From Leucoraja ocellata (taxonomy: Eukaryota), in assembly GCA_036785375.1 (NCBI GenBank), contig JAWMAR010000256.1, positions 3,162,001 through 3,226,000 of the forward strand: 64,000 nucleotides of DNA, given 5' to 3'. Made by a program: the position numbers and the translations under genes. Positions 24,230-37,499 of this stretch are shown one piece after another; positions within the stretch are counted from its first letter, which is position 1, and each line of letters begins with the position of its first letter. The notes under the pieces are model-generated. The model did not search any database, was not told where the DNA came from, and was given only the letters and a program-made list of their open reading frames with translations.

Positions 24230-25014
24230 AACAATCAGATAATATTCATACTTCCAAAATCATTTTTGCATTATAAAATATCCCTTGATATAGTTAAGAG
24301 AAGAAATCTAGTGCAGTTTGATCACAAAAACACAGTCAATGATCTTGCATTGGCAAGTAAATTATGAGTAAAGTATTAATGATAGAAATTGCTCAAAATC
24401 AAGTTCAGTTTCTGAGTATATTTTAGTTTTTGAAAGCTTTGTAATAATCAATTCACGTACAGGAAGAAGATTTGTTTATTAAGACCAACATTCAAACCAG
24501 TGGAAAACATTATGACTTCCCAGCCATATTTTAAAATATAAAATATCAAAGAAAGGCAATTTTGTCTTGAAACACCATGGGTATTTTTTTAAATGCATTT
24601 CTCTGGTTGTTTAAAAACAGTGCAAATTGCATAAAAATGCAGGCCAAGGTGTTGAACATTCAGCTTCACTTAGATTCTATTTTTCTTATATTGAGCAGGT
24701 GTGATTGAGGCTTGATAGATTGTTACTAATGCTTCTGGAAACCTTCACAAGCAAGCCTGTATTCATTGATTAATTATGCTGGTTCTAGAAGTGTTGGCAG
24801 TTATTTAAATCCATGATCACCTGATAGCAATCTCAGTGAGATTTAACTTCAATTCATTCAGTGTTTCAGTTTTTTCATTGTCAGTAGTGCTGCTAAGAAT
24901 TAAGGTTTTTTTTATTTTTCTAATCCTACATAGTGGTTAATGATACCTTCTGAACCTTCTGAATTTTGTAGTCGGCAGGGCAGTATTCTGTATAACGCCA
25001 ACTTGGACAATTTA

Positions 25015-25215
25015 ACATTTTATCAAGCCAATTAACCTACAAACATGAACCTGTATGTCTTTGGAATGTGGGAGGAAACCGAAGTTCTCGGAGAAAACCC
25101 ATGCGGGGAGAACGTACAAACTCCATACAGACGGCACTCGTAGTCGGGATTGAACCGAGTCTCTGGCGCTGCATTTTGTTCTAAGGCAGCAACTCTACCA
25201 TGGTGCCACCGTGAC
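25015..25215 (-). mobile_element. HE1-like V-SINE, 5' part with tRNA-derived head
   Basis: Reverse complement reads 'cacggtggcaccatggtagagttgctgcctt...gagactcggttcaatcccgactacgagtgccgtctgtatggagtttgtacgttctcc', with A and B boxes. Confidence 0.88.
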
Positions 25216-26134
25216 TGCCGTAATAGTAGGTTAATTATCATTGTGAATTACCTCTAGTGTGAGAGTGAGTGGTAGAATTTGGGAGTGAGTTAATGAGAAT
25301 GTGGGAAGAAACAAAAGGGGATTAATGTTGAATTAGTGCTTTGTCCTTGGTGTAACTTTGATGGGGTGTGGATATTTATTACAATGTTGTCTTATTTTAG
25401 GTTTTTGACGTCTTTTAACTCATTAGTTTGGATTCATCTACATATACTTTTGAGGGTTAATCAGGCAAATTAGGTTTTTGCCCTAAATAGATTATTATTG
25501 ATCACTGGATGGAAATTGTGATAATGATGAGAATGTCGAGGGCACTTCCACATGTGATTTTTATTATGCTTTGCAAATTTCTGATGATAGGTAAATGCAT
25601 CATGATATTATTGAATGCATTGTGACAATTTTAGCCCTTACTAACATAAATTAGTTCATTGTTCTACATGGCTACTGTTGGGCAAATTGTAGAAGTAGAG
25701 ATGTGTCCTGTTCATTTGCCTGTTTGCCCACTATAAATGCACACTCTGCGAGCAAAAGATCGGATTGGATGGGTTTAGAAAAAGCTGGAGGCTTCATTGG
25801 CAGTTTCTATAGTTTACAAGAGGATTTTGAATCTGTTAAGGAGTGATCCACTATTCAGCTATTAAGATATTGATTCCCTGGGTGCCCCTGTGGTCACTAA
25901 TAACATTCCCCTACAGAAAGGATCCTTTATGGCCTTCGTTGGTAAGTAAAGAGTTGGGAGATCAATAGGTTAGAAGCAAAAAACATGTATGGCAGCAAGC
26001 TGGTTACTGCAGCAACCTTTAAACGGTGAGCTCCACCTGGCACACTCCAATGAATAATGTAATCTCAGACTTGGGTTTTCCAAGAATTACATCGAGATAA
26101 GTGCTTCCTGTAATTACCTAACCTGCAGGTGGGA

Positions 26135-26380
26135 TAGATTTAATAGGAACCCAAAGGGTAACTATTTCATGCAAAGGATGGTGGGTGTAGGGAACGAGTT
26201 ACTAGGGGACGTAGTTGAGGCTGGTACTATCGCAATGTTTAAGAAGCACTTGGGTACATGGGTAGGACAGGTTTAGAGAGATATGGGCCAAATGCAGGCA
26301 GGTGGGATTAGTGTAGATGGCACATGTTGGCTGTTGTGAGCAAGTTAAGTCAGAGAGCCTGGTTCCACACTGTAAGACTG
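26135..26380 (+). mobile_element. CR1 3' end
   Basis: 'atttaataggaacc...ggtttagagagatatgggccaaatgcaggcaggtggg'. Confidence 0.75.
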
Positions 26381-27009
26381 ATTCTTTGACCACTTCAACC
26401 ACATTTTCATTCTATTTGGAAGTCAAGATCACCTCGCTCTTAATAGGAGTTTTCCAAGCAGCTGCAACACAGTACAGTCAGGAACAAGCTATTTGGCTCG
26501 CATTGTCCAGCCAAACATATTGCCAAGGTAAACTAATATCCCTTGCCGACACATGATTAATATCCTCTGTTCCTTACAAACCCTCGTGCCTATCTAAAAG
26601 CTGGTTCAATGCCACAATTGTATTTGCCTCCACTGCCGTAATCCCAGCAACTACCACCTTATTTATAAAAACTCTACTGCATATCACCTTTAAACTTTGC
26701 CCCTATCTCCAAAAACCTATGCCCTCTAGTCTTTGATATTTTCTCCCTGGGAAAAGTTTCTAACACATCCCCCTACTTATACAGATATGTTATCTTCCAA
26801 TTTACTGCTTATCAGCGTTAGAGATCACTGGCACTAACGCTTTTTTAAGATTTGTTTTTTGGTAGAATTAGGTGATATTGGGCACTGGGATTTGCTTACA
26901 TTTTCCAATGCATCTTTCACCTCTCACTCAACCTGTGCCCTGAAGGTGTTGATTTCCATTGCCCTGGGAAAAATACTGTGCATTCACCATATATATATTT
27001 TCCTTATGA

Positions 27010-27820
27010 TCAATCAATCAATCAGTTTTTATTCATCACATGCATAAAGTGCAGTGAAATGAACTTGTCAGCAGCGGTACAATCAAAAAAGAACACACAA
27101 TACACAAAATTAAACACAAACATCCACCACATCATTCTTCACTGTGGTGGAAGGCACAAAGTAAGTCAATCCTCCTCCATTGTTTCCCCCTTGGTCAGGG
27201 CCATAAACCTCCGCAGTCGCCGCTGCAGGCGGCCGGATGTATTGCCCCTTTCAGGATGGTAAGTCCTGAATTGGCACTTCCCTACTCCGACCGCGGCTTC
27301 AGGATGTTGTAGGCCGGCAGTCGGAGCTGTTCTCTGGGGAATGCCGGCGAGGGATCCCACTCCGGATGTTAAGTCCACGCTGTGCCCATGGCTAGAAGCT
27401 CCGCAGACCGTGGCTTCAGGATGTTAACGGCCATGGGCCAGTGATCGGAGTTCTTCTCTGGCGATCCCTAATGAGGGGTCCCAGGTTCCGGACGCCACGC
27501 CCGCGGCTAGAAGCTCCGCAGACCGCGGCTTCAGGATGTTAAAAGCTGCGGGCCAGTGATCAGAGCACTCCCTTCTGGCGACCCCAATCCATGGTGTTAG
27601 GCCGCGAGGGAGGCGGCATGTAAAATGTCGCCTCTCCGTGGAGGAGGCAACCAAAAGGGGTTCTTTCCCCCCCCCCCCCCCCCCCCCCCCTTACACCCCC
27701 TCACCACCCTCCACACAAGACACACTAAGAGATATTAAAGCACACATTTGGACACATTAAAAAAAATGAAAAAAGTAGAAATGATGAAATGGCAGGGCAG
27801 CTGACTTGCAGCACCCCCAC
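27010..27820 (-). mobile_element. Unclassified GC-rich non-autonomous retroposon with an AATAAA plus (GATT)n tail
   Basis: Minus-strand tail at 27010-27035; internal duplicated module 'ggctagaagctccgcagaccg.ggcttcaggatgtta' (27390, 27506); long poly-C at about 27667-27690; no coding motif. Confidence 0.6.
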
Positions 27821-28137
27821 AGACCAGTGGGGGTGTTGTACACTTCTACAAGATGGTCTCTGTCTCCTGTTTGTGAAACTAGATAAGTTAATTTCTATCC
27901 CAAGAGGATTACTGATTAATGCTGACTTACTATCAAAAAATAAAAGCTAATGATTATTTCCAAAAGAGATACAATTAGAGCCTAAATGAGAAAACTCTTG
28001 GTTTTTGGTTGTTCATCGAACCACCCAAATGTCTACTCCAACCTTATAGTCAGCTATTGCTCTTTGCTGATATCAAGCACTGTTGACAGTCGAAATACAA
28101 ACACGGTCAAGGAACTAAAGTTGACTAATGTTTTCCA

Positions 28138-28772
28138 AGTTACCAGGGAGTACAAATAACTTGGAGTGCACCTGGACAATAAAATGGACTGCTCTAGGAA
28201 CGCTGAGGCCCTGTACAAGAAGGGACAGATTGGCTGTACTTTTTGTGAAGGCTCTGCTCCTTCAACATCTGCAGTAATATGCTGCAGATGTTCTACCAAT
28301 TGATGGTAGCCAGTGCCATCTTCTTTGCTGCAGGGCGAAGGCTGCAGACACCAATATAATCAACCAACTCATCATGGAGACTAACTTCGTCCTGGGAGCA
28401 GAGTTGGATTCATGGATGGTGGTCTTGGAGGGCAGGATGCTTCTCAAACTGGGGAGCATCTTGGATAATACAGCACACCCCTACCATGAACACTGGTCAA
28501 CATGAGGAGTACCTTCAGCAACAGAGAGGTTCCACCAAGATGTAGGACAGAACGTCACGGGGATCCTTCTTTGCTGTGACTATCAAACTGTATGGCTCCT
28601 CCCCTTCTGCCATGGCTCCCCTACCCAATCTTTGCACATACCCAATCTTTGCACATCCCCAATCCTTTCCACTCGTCACTTTAATTTAATGTTTCATGTA
28701 TTTTGTATTTTGATGACTGTTGGCAGATCAATTTCCCTCCTGGGATAAATAAAGTTTTATCATATAGTATCG
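28138..28772 (+). mobile_element. Rex1/Babar-like LINE 3' fragment
   Basis: 'gagtacaaataacttggagtgcacctggacaataaaatggactg' resembles YKYLGVHLDNKLDW; 'atgttctaccaa...gccagtgccatcttctttgc' resembles MFYQSVVASAIFFA; tail aataaag. Confidence 0.8.
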
Positions 28773-29419
28773 GTAACAGGACCTCCATCTGCCTCAGCCT
28801 GAGATGTACTTGCCATTTGATGTATCCTCGTGTAGAATGCAATTTGAATTAAAACTGGTGTTCCTCAATGCAAGGTAAATATAGTGATGTTCATAATGGA
28901 GACAATTATGTGACAGGTCGTGATGTATGCTTTCTACTTTGGCTCAGCTATCGAATCCACCATTTTATGCATCAAAAACAGATATATTTTGGAACTGCAG
29001 TCCAGAAATTCAATTTTCAGTGCTTATTTTATTTCAAATATATCCACAGGATATATTTCAGATATTGACTACAGCTTTGGATCGCCCTTCCTTTTGGGGA
29101 AAAAAAAACAGTTGGATATGGGGACGGGGGTTGAAGCAGAAGGTTGAAATTGCATCTGATAAATTCAAGAGCCAAAGCAATTATGTTGTGAATTTAGCAA
29201 TGTTCTTACTTTATTGCCTTAATACCATCGTCTTTTCTTTCAGCTAAATCAAAAATATGCAACATCAACTTAGTTAATCATGCCTTTTATTTCATTTCCA
29301 ATGGTATGAGCATCAATGAACAGTACATTTTTCAATTTTGGGTAACCCTCGCCACGATTGTGTTTAGAAGATTTGCAATGATAAATATAATGTTATGCGT
29401 TATAATGTCACAGAGGAAG

Positions 29420-29545
29420 GTCATACATTGTGGGAGAAAACTAAAGCAGATGAAGAAAACCTATGCACGTAAAGTGAAAACATGCAAACGTCACAAATAG
29501 TACCCAAGGTCCGGATCAAATCCTCGGAGCTCTGGACTATTTGTC
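29420..29545 (-). mobile_element. Degraded V-SINE fragment
   Basis: 'tgtgggagaaaac...gaagaaaacctatgca...aacatgcaaac..cacaaatag.accc.aggtc.ggatc'. Confidence 0.5.
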
Positions 29546-29599
29546 CAGATAAAAATTGTGTCCTATTGCAGAGCCCATTGCACAGCTGGGGTAATGAAA

Positions 29600-29850
29600 T
29601 CATATAACAATTACAGCACGGAAATAGGCCAACTCGGCCCTTCTATTCTGTGCAGAACACTTATTCTCCCTTAGTCCAATCTACCTGCACTCAGATCATA
29701 ACCCTCCATTCCTTTCCTGTCCATATACCTATCCAATTTATTTTAAAATGATAAAATCGAACCTGCCTCCACCACTTCCACTGGAAGCTCATTCCATACA
29801 GCTACCACTCTCTGAGTAAAGAAGTTCCCCCTCGTGTTACCCCTAAACCT
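29600..29850 (-). mobile_element. CR1 3' end, same subfamily as 51440-54497
   Basis: ORF 29743..29937 (RGNTRGNFFTQRVVAVWNELPVEVVEAG); mirrors 54245-54497. Confidence 0.9.
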
Positions 29851-29857
29851 CTGTCCC

Positions 29858-30052
29858 TGTCCCAGAGCTATAGCGGCTCTGAACCGGCCCTGCTGAGTGC
29901 CCCCACCCCCCCTGGACTGTCTCCCTCGGAATGTCACATCACACAGCTTATTTATTTATTTTACTCTTCTTTTACATCGGTTGGAAGCTGCATACTAAAT
30001 CTCGTTGCATTGATGTGCAATGACAATAAAAGATATTATTATTATTATTATT
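29858..30052 (+). mobile_element. Rex1/Babar-like 3' tail ending in (ATT)n
   Basis: 'cccagagctatagcggctctgaac...tgcaatgacaataaaagatattattattattatta'. Confidence 0.7.
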
Positions 30053-30356
30053 AATTCTAAAATCATCTGGCATCTTTGTCCTTGGCATTTCTGCTGAGTT
30101 ATGGGGAAAATTACTTTTTTTTAACATTCTCTTTTGTTGCACAGAATGAGAATGATCTCTTCAGTCCACTTTATTTGGTTCAGGTTTTTTGTTGTGTACA
30201 AAAATGCAGTGAAATGCTTGTTCTGCATGCTAACCATCAAATCATACCATACATGAGTATAATAGATTCTCTTCTGGGATAGCATGCATTTATCCAAAAC
30301 CATCTAGCAACGTCCAAGTCTCTGAAATGTCTGATCTTTGCCTGAGGAGACGTACG

Positions 30357-30487
30357 TCTGAAGAAGTGTCCCGACCCAAACTGTCACCAATTCCTTCTCT
30401 CCAGATATGCTGCTTGTCCAGCTGAGTTACTCCAGCATTTTGTGTCTATCGTTGATTCAAACCAGCATCTGCAGTTCCTTTCTACAC
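30357..30487 (+). mobile_element. Penelope pLTR fragment with a degenerate hammerhead motif
   Basis: 'tctgaagaagtgtcccgacccaaactgtcacc...ccagatatgctgc...gctgagttactccagcattttgtgtc'. Confidence 0.75.
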
Positions 30488-30507
30488 CCGTTTCCTATAT
30501 ATCTTGT

Positions 30508-32480
30508 GTTAAGGCTTGGTGTTCTGGCAGCACTGTATCAATGAAGTAGGGGTCGGCCTGGCCAAGCATGATGCCGTTGCTTCCTTCCACCGTGACTCTG
30601 TCCATGCAGCTGCTGCAGGCTGAACTTTATTTACCACCTCACTTGGCTGCTGTGGGGCCACCCACGGCCACTTCTGCCAACACCTTGACGTGCAACCATG
30701 CTGACTTTGCCTCAAGCAGCTGCTCCTATTTTCTGTACACTGTACGCAGCCGTTCGAAGAGCAGGTGGAGGTGTTTAACGTGTTCAGCCTGCGAGCTGCT
30801 GGCCACCAGAATATCATTCAGATGAATATGAACGGCAAACCCTGCCCGACCTGATCCACTAACCTTTGGAACGCTTGAGCGGCGTTCTTCAGGCCAAAAG
30901 GCATTCTAAGCCATTCAAAAAGGCCGAAAGAGGTGATGGTGCCCGGCTGCGTGACGTCGTCAGGATGGACTGGAATCTGATTATACCCGAGGACAAGATT
31001 GACCTTCGAGAAGAATGCGGCACCCTCCAAATGAGCCGAGAAATCTTGGATGTTAGGGACTGGGTACCGCTCTTCTGTGGTTACTGCGTTTAAGCGCCTG
31101 TAATCACTGCAAGGTCTGCAACCCCCGGATGCTTTGGGCACCATATGCAGAGGGGAAGCCCAAAGGTTATCCGATCGCCGGACAATCCCCATGTCTTCCA
31201 TAAGCTGGAACTCGTCTCGTGCGATGCACAGTTTATCAGGCGGGAGGCAGTGGACCGGTGGGCCCTCAGTGGGAATGTGGTGGACCATGCCATGGTGGGG
31301 CATGGCCCTGTCGAACCGGGGCATGAGCAACCCTGGGAATTCAGTGAGAAGGGCTGCGAAAGGTTGCTGGATCTCAGCTACCTCGTCTAGTTGCTTTTGG
31401 GGCGTGAACGGGTTGCGCGGCTTGGCAGGGCACAGGTCCAACACAGGAACCATTTGCCCGCCTCGCACATCGACTAGCAGGAAGAATGCGCGCAAGAAAT
31501 CGGTCCCCAATATCAGTTGGGCGATGTCAGCAACGGTGAACTTCCACCTATACGGGTGGAAGTCGAAATTTAAGTCCAGGGTCCGCGTACCGTAAGTGCG
31601 AATGTCGCTCCCGTTAACGGCCGAGAGGATGGGTCCCACCTTACCGACACGGGTATCTCGGGTGGTCGGTGGCAGGATGCTGGCGAAGGCACCAGAGTCG
31701 TCCAGGAAACAGTGGCCGTAGTGGCTATCACGGACGTAGAGGCATTCATTTGGGCCGATCACTTTCGCCTCTATGGGCGATCAGCTGAGGCATTTCCCTG
31801 AAACAAACAGGCGCTTCGGCATCTTTGGCTTCCACACCATAACAGAGATGGTAGTAGCACCAACATCGTCTGCTGTACACCTCAGGCAGCAGCGATGCTT
31901 CTTCGGCGCTGGGCGGATCTTGACCTTCCTCCATATGTTGTCTTGGTTGCACCCGCGCCGTGGTAGTGGCGCGGGTGAAAGAACAAATGTCCCGCCGTCT
32001 GTGGGTCCACAACTCGACATCAGCTCTCCGCGAGGTGCTGGGGATCACTGAAATCGGCCCCGGCGAGAATCAAACGGACCTCGTCTGGCATCTGCTCCAA
32101 GAACGTCTGTTCGAAAAGCAGACATGGGTGGCGCCCGTCCATCAGGGCCAGCATCTTCTTCATGATGGTGGATGGCTGCTAGTCGCCGACACTGTCCATG
32201 TGCAGGATCTTCGCCGCCCTGTCTCTATGGCTGAGACCGAAGGTACGTAACAGCAGGGCCTTCAAACCTTCGTATTTTACGATCTCAGGTGGGTCTAATG
32301 TACGGCAACAGCCTCGAGGCACAGTCCTGTGGCAGAGCTCCTTCCACATGGAAGTACATTGTGTCATCTGCAATTATTTGATGCAGATGGAACTGTGCCT
32401 CGCCATGGGCGAACCACACCTGAGATTGGTCTGGCCAAAATGAAGGTAGCTTGAAACTCGGTGAGCTCTTCATTTCACAG
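30508..32480 (-). mobile_element. Decayed Gypsy/Ty3 LTR retrotransposon internal region (gag, protease, RT); no LTRs seen
   Basis: Gag FKLPSFWPDQSQVWFAHGEAQF (ORF 32285..32773); protease FLDDSGAFASILPP; RT WASPLHMVPK..DYRRLN..YPVPNIQD..RMPFGLKNAAQAFQR (ORF 30818..31762); YLDD degraded to LND at a frameshift near 30818. Confidence 0.93.
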
Positions 32481-35400
32481 TTCAGCACCTCTTGCCTGAG
32501 AGGAGACGGGATGTGAGTTTGATTATGCTGGTGGCCTTGCCAAGGCAGCGTGAAGTGCAGATATCTGGTCAAGAGAAGATAGGTTGGTTGTGTGATATGC
32601 TGCAATTCTCTGTATTTTCTTGCAGTCTTGGAAGGACCTGTTCCCAAACCACGCTGAGATGCATCACGATAAAATGCATCAAACTTCTCATTTTGTATAA
32701 TATATACGGTGCATGAAGAATTCTTGTAAAACTCAAACCACCCTGATCCCACACCCACCAGTGTATCCTCCAAACTATTTAAATGTTGGTGTTTCTCATT
32801 TCAGTCGAAACAGCACTGGAATGAAAAACAGCCTTTTTAATGGATGTGGTCTTGGTTCATTGACTTAGACAATTACTCTTTGGTAATTTGCCTACTGTAT
32901 CTCTCGGTTTTAAAGGATGGGTAGAATATTTTGTTCAAACCATTGTTGTTTCCTACATTTATGACTGAGATATACCCACTGCAATAAGCACTCAAGCAGT
33001 CCCTGTCCCTCATGCATTGTAGCTGAAGTAATATAGTCCATGTATACAAAACAATTTGTAGGTTTTATCCAGGTCACACTAAGATGTTAGAGCAACACAG
33101 TGAGCAACACAGTGAGCAGCTGGGAGTTTCAATACTGTATATCACATCAGTCAATCAAAGTGGAAGACTGTAATAGAAGTCTGTACTGAAATGAAGCATT
33201 TTCCTTTCCATGGAACGTTCTGATATCAAGCACAAAATAGATGTTCTAAAGCTGTTTATAAAAGTGTTTTACAATCATACACTATTCAACCATTTTCAAC
33301 TTGCTTGTTTTAACTTGTTACTTGTTGTGACAGTGGCTGTCTGCTGCAATCTTCACTTGATAAAAATAGTACATGAAAATGTCCTTTTTCATGATGCACA
33401 CTGCTGATATTTATGGAACAAGAGTAGTTCCATGTATGCAAAAGCTGATTTTGTTTAGTGCCGATGTTATTATTTAATTCCACGAGTTTACGGGTGCAGT
33501 TAACTTTGGTCCATTCCAAAAGTGCTTCCAAATTCTCGCATATCTTGACATGGTTGATGCAAGGATACTGTTTCCCTTAGTTTTGATGTCCGGGGCAGGG
33601 ATCACAGTTTCAAATTAAGGCCTACTCCTGCACCTATTTTCTATGTTTCTATGTATTTTCTAAGGGATTACCCGTTCATCACAAATAAAGAAAACAAAAT
33701 CATTTTTCCCCCAATCTAGAGAGAAGTAATTCTTTTGAATTCTCATAACTTGAAGGTGTGCAGTCTCAATCAGTATGTTATAGCAAAAAATTGAAGGGCA
33801 TCTCAATATTAGGAGAACCCAAAACCTATCTGGTTATGGTAACATTTGCAACATGATCACATCAAATGCCAAAGAAGGCACAAGGGTCAAAATATCCTTC
33901 TACTTTTAATCTTTGTTATTATGTTCATAAACACCTTCTGTCTTTGTTTCCAATATATTAGTTATGTGTGGGCTGTCACCTGATGGTCAGACCACTTACT
34001 GTCCAAACCTCGTCAGTGGTTATGAGGACTGTCACATGACTGCATGGGTTAAGGGGAGTGTCCTGCTACTTCAGCAGATCTTACCTTGAGATCATCAGTC
34101 AACTGGTAGCTGAGGAGTCAATAGCAGCAGCAATGACTCTTATGTTAGAGAGTCCCAAATGCACATAAACTTATCTTGCTAATAAAGTAACAGTCGATCA
34201 CGAAGTTTGGACTTGCTACAGTGGTAGTTAAGAGGATTGTGATCAATTTATGTTTAATCTTAATCCAGGAGCAGAAAGTTAGTAAATCAAGTGACCAAAT
34301 GAGCCAAGTATTATGCATAGATCTTTATAAATAATGCAGTATTTCCAAACCTGCAACACATTATTGTTACAGTCACTGTTCAGTGTTGATTCAGTGTTGA
34401 TCCAATATTTGTGAGATTTACGAACTTGACCTCTATTCCATAAACAATATTTAAAGTTTCATAGAATGATGGATAAAATACCTACTAAGAAACTGAATTG
34501 TGGTCTTACTGGAGGACAGCATGAGTATCGTCATGAAAAGAAATGGAAGAGAAACACTGGGATGAACAAATTGGTATACTGTATTGGGGACTAGTCTTCT
34601 GCCACTGTTGGATGTGGCAAATCATGATTATTTCCAGCTTTATCTATTGAGCTAAATTAATCTATTGAGCTAAATTAATCGACAGATGGGAGCAAATTAA
34701 AACTATGCACAGCTTCTATTTTCAGACCTATTCAGGTGATTGGTGATGAAACTGAGTTTGAATGGTAAACCTTTGCATGTGAAGCTTTATTTTGCAAGTC
34801 TCAAGGGGAGCCCAGGTTTTCTCATTTTAAAATGGTAGCTGTACATTAATCCTTCAACATGCATGCAGATACAAAATGGTGCCAGGTGGAATATTGATTC
34901 ATCTGAACATATTCTTTGCAATTAACATTTGTGCTTCTGCAAGCACTAGTGGGGACTGATTGACATTCCTTTACGTGGTGAAAACATGGATAAAACTCGA
35001 TTTATCCATCAAGATCAGCCATTAAGCATTAATTGAAAGGGAAAAAAAAAATCAATTTTGGAAAGCAGCAGCGAGTCTTGTAGCTTCATTTATTAAAAAT
35101 GTAAAACTTTGCCTTTCATTATGATATATCTAAGTGAAAAAATCTGTTGGGAAGTGATATTTTACAGTTTTTGATGTGTTTAGGGAATATTTTACCAGCT
35201 GCAGCAATTTATTAATTAAGGTTGCTGGTCCTTGGGAGAAAATCCAATCTCATGGACTTTTCTTTGCTTCAAATTCAATATACAGATTGAAGCACCGGAT
35301 CCAAACAATTTCTAAAGTTCAATTAAGCAAAATAAGTGGGTTAAGGTTCTGATGCTGAGAATTTCTGCACCATAATACTACTGTCATGAATTGGGGATGT

Positions 35401-35624
35401 TCAATTTGTCTTGTCTGGTTGCTAGAATCTTAGTTGAACGCTTTGCACCATTGCATTTAGATATTGAATTGTGATTTATAAGTAGATTTTATAAACTCGG
35501 AATGCTCAATTAGAGAGGTGTGATAATAGTTTGAGATTGGATGTTGAACAGATGCGGTAATACTAATGTGATAGTATTACAATGGAACGTTCATTATCAC
35601 TGAATATTCCGATGTGGATACTTT

Positions 35625-35912
35625 TATTCAATTCAATTCAATTCAACTTTATTGTCATTGCACAGATACAAGTATAGGTACAACAAAATGCAGTTTAGCG
35701 TCTGGTCATAGTGCAAGATAGGAATAACAAAAAATACAGAACAAGCATACATTAGAGTAAGAAGAGTACTGGTTAACAATGTGGATAGAGAGACCAAAGA
35801 TATCTAGGCTCACCTCAAAGCCAGCTCGAAGCCACCTGCTCCCTACACATCTTTGGAAAGATGGTGTTGCGTGCACAACGCGAGGCTCTGCGTCTCCATA
35901 TGATGTATTCTA
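35625..35912 (-). mobile_element. Short non-autonomous retroposon with an AATAAA plus (GAATT)n tail
   Basis: 'ttcaattcaattcaattcaactttattgtcattgc' at the left end; CpG-containing head at about 35820-35912. Confidence 0.5.
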
Positions 35913-36524
35913 GAAAGGATTGAGGAATAATATCCTTATCCATATACAACTGCATAATTATACTGATGGTTTTCTAATCTGCCAATTTTAAATATTGTTC
36001 CACTTTGTTTAACTTTCCAAGTTGTCAGTGAATGCACAACTGATGTATTTTCAAGGAAAAGTTGGTGGTTTGGGGTTTAGTTCAAGGTTTATGAATGTCA
36101 CACATGCCTGGATACAGTAAGAAGCTCTCTTTTTGCACGTTATCCAAGAAAATCATACTATGAGTATAATCATACACAAGTAAGAGCGTAAACATTGTAT
36201 TGGATAATAGTACTTCATCTTCTGGGATAGCAAACAAGGAGTTGCGACATTCTGATGTCATCTTGCAGCTTTCAAGTCTCAAAAATCATGTCAAATCTCC
36301 TCTTGGCATAAGGAGATGTGTATTTCTTAATTCCTCATTTTGAGGACCAGTATCGTGGTAGCACTGGATGTATGATGTAGGAGTCCGCCAGGGCCTGAGC
36401 AATGCTGTCGGTTCCTTTCCTTGCCACTCAATGTAGCTTCTATAGGCTGTGCTCAATCTACCCACTCAGCCATTTCCAGGAAGACCTCCTCCGCTAACAC
36501 CATGAACTGAGATCACTGCAACTC

Positions 36525-37487
36525 CATCCTATAATTGGGCAACCAAAATTGTACACGATACTCCAGAATTGGTCTCACCAATGCCTTGTACAATTTTAAC
36601 ATTACATCCCAACTTCTATACTCAAGGCTCTGATTTATAAAGGCTAGCATACCAAAAGCTTTCTTTACCACCCTATCTACATGAGATTCCACCTTCAGGG
36701 AACTATGCACAGTTATTCCTAGATCCCTCTGTTCAACTGCATTCCTCAATTTGCTACCATTTACCGTGTACGTCCTATTTTGATTTGTCCTGCCAAGATG
36801 TAGCACCTCACACTTATCAGCATTAAACTCCATCTGCCATCTTTCAGCCCATTCTTTCAAATGGCCTAAATATCTCTCTCTAGACTTTGGAAATCTACTT
36901 CATTATCCACAACACCACCTATCTTAGTATCATCTGCATACTTACTAATCCAATTTACCACACCTTCATCCAGATCATTGATGTACATGACAAACAACAG
37001 TGGACCCAACACAGATCCCTGAGGCACCCCACTAGTCACCTGCCTCCAACCTGACAAACAGCCATCCACCATTACTCTCTGGCATCTCCCATTCAGCCAC
37101 TGTTGAATCCATCTTGCTACTCCTGCATTTATACCCAACAATTGAACCTTCTTAACCAACCTTCCATGAGGAACCTTGTCAAAGGCCTTACTAAAGTCCA
37201 TATAGACAACATCCACTGCTTTGCCCTCATCAATTTCCCTAGTAACCTCTTCGAAAAATTCCAGAAGATTTGTCAAACATGACCTTCCAGGCATAAATCC
37301 ATGTTGACTGTTCCAAATCAGACCCTGTTTATCCAGATGCTTATATATATTATCTCTAAGTATCTTTTCCATTAATTTGCCCACCACTGACGTCAAACTA
37401 ACAGGTCTATAATTGCTAGGTTTACTCTTAGAACCCTTTTTAAACAATGGAACAACATGCGCAGTACGCCAATCCTCGGGCACTATT
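36525..37487 (-). mobile_element. Relatively young CR1 RT fragment
   Basis: ORF 36866..37483 ([42 protein letters not shown]) continues after a frameshift into 36513..36860. Confidence 0.96.
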
Positions 37488-37499
37488 CACGTTTCTTAT

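Noticed and set aside
25140-25215. tRNA gene
   Set aside because: It is the tRNA-derived head of an HE1-like SINE and continues into the SINE body; the same applies to about 63418-63452
27667-27690. Poly-C and poly-G tracts (also about 41515-41547 and 53270-53300) as functional G-quadruplexes
   Set aside because: They are low-complexity parts of retroelement UTRs, with no independent evidence of function
32625-32700. Strong acceptor (ttttcttgcAG) followed by a short reading frame as a terminal exon
   Set aside because: Peptide not recognised and no upstream partner exon is evident
35557-35580. Hairpin gtaatacta-atgtga-tagtattac as a miR-200/429-like microRNA
   Set aside because: Only a 9-bp stem, and the sequence after TAATACT does not match those mature miRNAs
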